Source: Candidatus Sumerlaeia bacterium
GTDB taxonomy: Bacteria; Sumerlaeota; Sumerlaeia; SLMS01; JANRJK01
Reading direction: 5' to 3'
Length of the DNA: 64,000 nucleotides
Assembly: GCA_033764015.1 (NCBI GenBank)
Contig: JANRJK010000019.1
Coordinates: 1 to 64,000 of the forward strand
The notes under the pieces are model-generated. The model had not been told where the DNA came from and searched no databases. It was given only the letters and a program-made list of their open reading frames with translations. The translations under genes and the position numbers were made by a program. Positions 59,803 to 64,000 of this stretch are shown piece by piece. Each line of letters opens with the position of its first letter. The stretch's first letter is position 1.

Positions 59803-60378
59803 TTACGCGGCGCTCTGCCCCTCTTCCAGCTTCCGGCGGTGCGCATCGACCGCGTAGACGACCTTGCCGACCGCCTGATTGAGCGCCAGGACCGTCTTGG
59901 TCGCCGGCGACAGCAGGCTGCCGCAGAGGCGTCCGAGCATCTCCTCGCGCGACGCGGTCTTGCTGAGCGCTTCGACACCGGCCGCGTTGAGCGCCTGGCC
60001 TTCGAAGTAGCCGCCCTTCACGACCAGCTTGCCGTTCAGGTCCTTCGCCGCCGCGATCAGGAGCTTCGCCGGGGTCACCGGATCCTCCTGCCCCGCGAAC
60101 ATCACCGTCGGGCCCTTCAGCATCTTGTCGAGCTTCGAGACGTCGTACCCGCGTTCCGCGAGAACACGCTTCAGGAGCGTGTTCTTCACGACGCGGACCG
60201 ATACCTTCGCCTCGCGCGCCTTCGCGCGCAGGGCGGTCGCATCGGCCACCGTCATGCCCTTGTTGTCCGCGAAAAGGACGCCGTTGCCGTCCACGATCGC
60301 CTTCGCGATCTTGGAGGAGGCGACGACCTTCGGGGCGCGTCCGCGCCGCTTGCGGGCTTCTTTGCCGAGCTTTGCCAT
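59803..60378 (-). CDS. rplJ: 50S ribosomal protein L10
   Basis: G.TV....LR, VVKNTL, LKGPT, VKGG; located between rplA and rplL. Confidence 0.93.
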   Translation of the reverse strand: MAKLGKEARKRRGRAPKVVASSKIAKAIVDGNGVLFADNKGMTVADATALRAKAREAKVSVRVVKNTLLKRVLAERGYDVSKLDKMLKGPTVMFAGQEDPVTPAKLLIAAAKDLNGKLVVKGGYFEGQALNAAGVEALSKTASREEMLGRLCGSLLSPATKTVLALNQAVGKVVYAVDAHRRKLEEGQSAA

Positions 60379-60494
60379 GTGGGTTTCACCACCTTTCCTG
60401 CTCGCCCCGTCCGGGCCACTCGTCGTGCGAGGGCCCGCGGGGCGGAGCGGTCGCCCGCGCCGGAGTCGTCCTCCGGGGGCGGGTGGCGCCGTTC

Positions 60495-60612
60495 CGTTGC
60501 GGGGCCTCGGCAGGTCCTCCGCGCGTTGCCTCGCGGGGGCTTAGGGGGGTTGCGGCGGCACCGCTTGGTGCGCCGCGCGCCCCGCCTGCTGTCTCTGGCG
60601 GCCGTGTAGGCG
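60495..60612 (-). promoter_or_regulatory. L10 leader (r-leader)
   Basis: Minus strand CC..AGACAGCAGG...TAA...CCTGCCGAGG, matching the L10 leader core, upstream of rplJ. Confidence 0.75.
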
Positions 60613-60703
60613 ATTCGTTGTTCGGCCGCTCGCGCGGCCGGTCGAGGGGTTGCCCCCGGCGCGCTTTCGCGCGCCGGGGCGTTCCGTTACCGTGGAAAAA
60701 TCG

Positions 60704-61414
60704 TCAGCCCGCCGCTGCGAGCGCCGTGCCCGCCGACGTTGCGATCCGGATGCCCGGGCTCATCGTCGAGGACAGGCAGATCGTCCGGAGGTAGTTGGCC
60801 TTCACGGAAGCCGGGCGCGCCTTCTGGATCGCCTCCAGCACCGCTTGGATGTTCTCCGCCAGCTTCGCCGCGTCGAAGGACATCTTGCCGACCACGAGGT
60901 GCATGTTCGCCAAGCGGTCCAGCTTGTACTCGATGCGGCCCGCCTTCAGCGATTCGATGGCGCTCTTCACGTCCGCGGTGACCGTGCCGGCCTTCGGGTT
61001 CGGCATCAGGTTGCGGGGGCCGAGCACCTTGCCGAGCTTGCCGACGTCGCGCATCATGTCCGGCGTCGAGATCGCCGCGTCGAAATCGAGGAAACCCTCG
61101 AGGACCTTCTGCACCAGCTCCGCGCCGCCGGCGATGTCCGCCCCGGCCTCTTCCGCCTCGCGCAGCTTGTCGCCCTTGGCGAACACCAGCACGCGCACCT
61201 TCTTGCCGGTGCCGTGGGGCAGCGCGACGGTGCCGCGCACCTGCTGGTCCGCCTGGCGCGGGTCGACCCCGAGCCGGATATCGAGGTTCACCGTCTCGTC
61301 GAACTTCGCGAAGCTCACCATCTTGAGCAGCGCCACCGCCTCTTCGACGGTCAGCAGCTTCGCCTTGTCGACGAGCGGGGCTACCTTCGCGTACTTCTTG
61401 CCGTGCTTCTTCAT
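60704..61414 (-). CDS. rplA: 50S ribosomal protein L1
   Basis: KFDETV, LGVDPR.ADQQVRG...LPHGTGK, LGPRNLMPNPKAGTVT, SSTMSPG. Confidence 0.98.
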   Translation of the reverse strand: MKKHGKKYAKVAPLVDKAKLLTVEEAVALLKMVSFAKFDETVNLDIRLGVDPRQADQQVRGTVALPHGTGKKVRVLVFAKGDKLREAEEAGADIAGGAELVQKVLEGFLDFDAAISTPDMMRDVGKLGKVLGPRNLMPNPKAGTVTADVKSAIESLKAGRIEYKLDRLANMHLVVGKMSFDAAKLAENIQAVLEAIQKARPASVKANYLRTICLSSTMSPGIRIATSAGTALAAAG

Positions 61415-61472
61415 CTTAGCGTCTCCATGTGGTCCGAGCGGCGGCCGCCGAAGGGCCGCCTCCCACCGAATG

Positions 61473-61898
61473 TCAGTCCACGACCTCGATGCCCATGTTG
61501 CGGGCGGTGCCGGCCATCATCGAGACGGCGGCTTCCAGGCTTGCGGCGTTGATGTCCTTCTTCTTCATCTCGGCGATCTCCGCGAGCTGCTTGCGGGTCA
61601 CCTTGCCCACCTTCTCCTTGTTCGGCTTCGCGGAGCCCTTGGCGATGCCCGCGGCCTTGAGGAGCAGCGTCGGAGCGGGGGGCGACTTCGTCTCGAAGGT
61701 GAACGATCGGTCCGAGAAGACCGTGATCACCACCGGGATCGTGTAGCCTTCCTGCTTCGCGGTGCGCGCGTTGAATTCCTTGCAGAACTGCATGATGTTG
61801 ACGCCGTGCTGGCCCAGCGCGGGGCCGACCGGCGGCGAGGGGTTCGCCTTTCCGGCGGGGCACTGCAGCTTGACCTGGGCGACTGCCTTCTTGGCCAT
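61473..61898 (-). CDS. rplK: 50S ribosomal protein L11
   Basis: [37 protein letters not shown]. Confidence 0.99.
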   Translation of the reverse strand: MAKKAVAQVKLQCPAGKANPSPPVGPALGQHGVNIMQFCKEFNARTAKQEGYTIPVVITVFSDRSFTFETKSPPAPTLLLKAAGIAKGSAKPNKEKVGKVTRKQLAEIAEMKKKDINAASLEAAVSMMAGTARNMGIEVVD

Positions 61899-61958
61899 TT
61901 AGCCTACTCCGATTGGGTCTTCGGGGCGCCTTGGCGGCCCCCGTTCGGTCGAGGGTCC

Positions 61959-62489
61959 TTAGATCGCTTCCACTTCGAGCACGTTCAAATCCACCGGGGT
62001 CGCGCGGCCGAAGATCGACACCATGACGCGGAGCCGCGCCTTGTCCACGTCGATCTCCTCGACAGTCCCCTGGAAGTTCGCGAACGCGCCCTCGATCACC
62101 TTCACCTTGTCGCCCTTGCGGAAACGGATCTCCGCCTTCGGCTTGTCCTTCTTGTCCTCGATCAGCCCCAGCACATTCCCGATCTCCTCTTCCGAGAGGG
62201 CCACCGGGGTGTCGCCGGTGCCGGCGAAGCTCGACACGCCGCCGACTTCCCGCACCATCTTGAACACCTCCCCATCCGATTCCATCTGGATGAAGACGTA
62301 TCCGGGCATAAAGTTGCGGCTCGACTCCTTCTTCTTGCCGTCCTTGACCTCGACGACCTTCTCCTCCGGCACGACGATCTGACCGATCTTATCGCGCAGG
62401 CCCTCGATCGAAGCGCGATGTTCGATGTCGCGCTTCACCTTCTTCTCGAAGCTGGAGTAGGTATGCACCGCATACCATTGCATGGACAT
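61959..62489 (-). CDS. nusG: Transcription termination/antitermination factor NusG
   Basis: WYAVHTYS.FE.KV, PGYVFI, KOW GDKVKVIEGAF, SIFGRATPV. Confidence 0.97.
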   Translation of the reverse strand: MSMQWYAVHTYSSFEKKVKRDIEHRASIEGLRDKIGQIVVPEEKVVEVKDGKKKESSRNFMPGYVFIQMESDGEVFKMVREVGGVSSFAGTGDTPVALSEEEIGNVLGLIEDKKDKPKAEIRFRKGDKVKVIEGAFANFQGTVEEIDVDKARLRVMVSIFGRATPVDLNVLEVEAI

Positions 62490-62621
62490 CGGAGTCTCCT
62501 GTCCGCGTCGTGGGGTGGCCGTTCCGCAACCCGCGCCTCGCCGGGCGCGCGCGTCACTCAAAGCCGTTCAGGGATGCCGTGGGCGGGGTGCCGCCGAGGC
62601 GCAGGCGGGCCGGAGCCCTCC

Positions 62622-62858
62622 TTAGCCGATCAGCGACAAGATGAGCTGGACCAGCTCCGAAAGCCCCTTGTCCAGCGAGAAGAACACGACCGAGGCGACC
62701 GCCGTGGAAACCAGCACCAGCGACGTGTACGCCTTGACCTGCTCCTTCGTGGGCCAGGTGACCTTCGTCATCTCGACCTTCACCTCGCGGAAATAGTTTC
62801 CCGTCGAGGCGAGGAAGCCGTTGAACCCTTTTGGCTTGGTGGCTGCAGCTTCAGCCAT
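62622..62858 (-). CDS. secE: Preprotein translocase SecE
   Basis: YFREVKVEMTKVTWPT plus one TM; between tRNA-Trp and nusG. Confidence 0.93.
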   Translation of the reverse strand: MAEAAATKPKGFNGFLASTGNYFREVKVEMTKVTWPTKEQVKAYTSLVLVSTAVASVVFFSLDKGLSELVQLILSLIG

Positions 62859-62929
62859 CCGCAACTCCTTGGTTCTCCTGCGAGACGCGGGGCCGTGGCC
62901 CGGGTGCGACCGCAGTGTGGCGATTCGTT

Positions 62930-63005
62930 TGGCAGGGGCAGAGGGAATCGAACCCCCAACCTACGGTTTTGGAGACCGGCGCTCTACCAATTGAGCTATG
63001 CCCCT
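62930..63005 (-). tRNA. tRNA-Trp (CCA)
   Basis: AGGGGCATAGCTCAATTGGTAGAGCGCCGGTCTCCAAAACCGTAGGTTGGGGGTTCGATTCCCTCTGCCCCTGCCA; 76 nt, encoded CCA end. Confidence 0.97.
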
Positions 63006-63150
63006 ACCGCCGAGCCGAGCGGTAACCGCCCGGCAAGCGCGGCAGTGAGCCCCACCCCCACGCCCCCGCGCAAGCCTTTTTTGCGCAACCACGACACCGG
63101 CGCGCGCCGTTCTCCACCCGCAAGGAAACTATCCGGCGTCCAACGAATGT

Positions 63151-63162
63151 TTGGCTAGCCAA
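63151..63162. promoter_or_regulatory. Palindromic operator candidate (DtxR/IdeR-like) upstream of feoA
   Basis: Perfect palindrome TTGGCTAGCCAA followed by TAAT. Confidence 0.5.
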
Positions 63163-63210
63163 TAATCCGCTTGCAACCCCAGCCGCCGCAGCCCCTAGAG
63201 TCCCCACATC

Positions 63211-63462
63211 ATGACCGACACCGACGCCATCCGCCCGCTCGCCGCCCTCCGCCCCAACGAAGAGGCCCTCATCGTCGAGGTCGCCCACGCGCGCGGCTGC
63301 GGACGCCGCCTCTGCGAACTCGGCCTCTGCCCCGGCATGGTCGTCCGGATGCTCGCCCCTGGCCGCACCTGCCTCCTGCGCGCCGGCGGCGCCAGCCTCT
63401 CCATCCGCGCCGAGGAACTCGACGCGATCCTCGTCGAGCGCCTGCTCCCCGCCGCGTCGTGA
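63211..63462 (+). CDS. feoA: Ferrous iron transport protein A
   Basis: PLAALRP, RRLCELGLCPG..V. Confidence 0.85.
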   Translation: MTDTDAIRPLAALRPNEEALIVEVAHARGCGRRLCELGLCPGMVVRMLAPGRTCLLRAGGASLSIRAEELDAILVERLLPAAS

Positions 63463-63695
63463 CGCTCGCGCTCGACAAGCTCAAGCCCGGACAGACCGCG
63501 ACCGTTCTCGAAGTAGGTGGCGAGCCCGTCCTCGCGCAGCGCCTCATGGCCCTCGGCCTCGTCGAAGGCGCCAACGTCGAGTTCCTCCGCACCGCCCCCC
63601 TGGGCGACCCCATCGAAATCCGAGTGGACGGCGCAATCGCGCTGTCGCTCCGCGCCGCCGACGCGCGCGCCGTCTCCGTTTCGCCCAACCCCTGA
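63459..63695 (+). CDS. feoA: Ferrous iron transport protein A (second copy)
   Basis: LDKLKPG, QRLMALGLVEG, APLGDPIEI, LSLR; GTG overlaps upstream TGA. Confidence 0.9.
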   Translation: MTLALDKLKPGQTATVLEVGGEPVLAQRLMALGLVEGANVEFLRTAPLGDPIEIRVDGAIALSLRAADARAVSVSPNP

Positions 63696-63707
63696 TCCGG
63701 ACCGCCC

Positions 63708-64000
63708 ATGGCAGCCACCGCGACCCGAGACCGGCGCATCGCGCTGATCGGCAATCCGAACACCGGAAAGACGACGCTCTTCAACGCCCTCACCGGCCAC
63801 CGCGCCCGCGTGGGCAACTACTCGGGCGTCACTGTTGAGAAGCGCGAGGGGCTCCTTAAGGCCGCCGCGGCCCCCACAACCCTCGTCGACCTTCCCGGCA
63901 CCTACAGCCTCGCCGCCGCCTCGCCCGACGAGATGCTCGCCGTCAACCTGCTCCTCGGCCTCCAGGAAGGGGAGGAGCGCCCCGACGGCCTGGTCGTCGT
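63708..64000 (+). CDS. feoB: Ferrous iron transporter FeoB (5' part, runs off the window)
   Basis: IALIGNPNTGKTTLFNALTG, VGNYSGVTVE, DLPGTYSL. Confidence 0.95.
   Translation, partial: MAATATRDRRIALIGNPNTGKTTLFNALTGHRARVGNYSGVTVEKREGLLKAAAAPTTLVDLPGTYSLAAASPDEMLAVNLLLGLQEGEERPDGLVV

Noticed and set aside
62930..63210. Integrative element at tRNA-Trp
   Set aside because: Flanked by secE and feoA; no duplicated tRNA 3' end or integrase nearby

Overview
Very GC-rich bacterial chromosome segment, mostly housekeeping genes: rpoN, trpB, an RlhA/U32 protein, glycosyltransferases, larE, queF, sdaA, rplM-rpsI, tatA-tatC, rlmD, an ECF sigma/anti-sigma pair, galT, pilT, pth, rpsL-rpsG, tRNA-Trp-secE-nusG-rplKAJL and feoA-feoA-feoB. 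It also carries two large secreted S8 proteases, several TPR proteins and a 1601-aa Ser/Thr kinase-WD40 protein. The protein repertoire loosely suggests a PVC-like or Candidatus Sumerlaeota (BRC1)-like organism; this is inference only. The main accessory signals are: (1) an AT-richer islet after trpB with an orphan Rhs core, a C-terminal domain carrying ADP-ribosyl-cyclase-like motifs, a probable immunity gene and an unlisted tyrosine-recombinase remnant; (2) a stand-alone TIGR02710-type CARF-HEPN gene with no cas genes or array in the window; (3) an AT-richer two-gene islet (10-Cys secreted protein plus a 340-aa secreted protein) at the point where the usual rplL-rpoBC-rpsL-rpsG-fusA order is broken; (4) an RpoN with a ~95-aa internally repetitive insertion; (5) a tRNA-Trp with an unpaired 27-43 position. 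No CRISPR array or rRNA was seen. All calls come from reading motifs by eye; no database searches were run.
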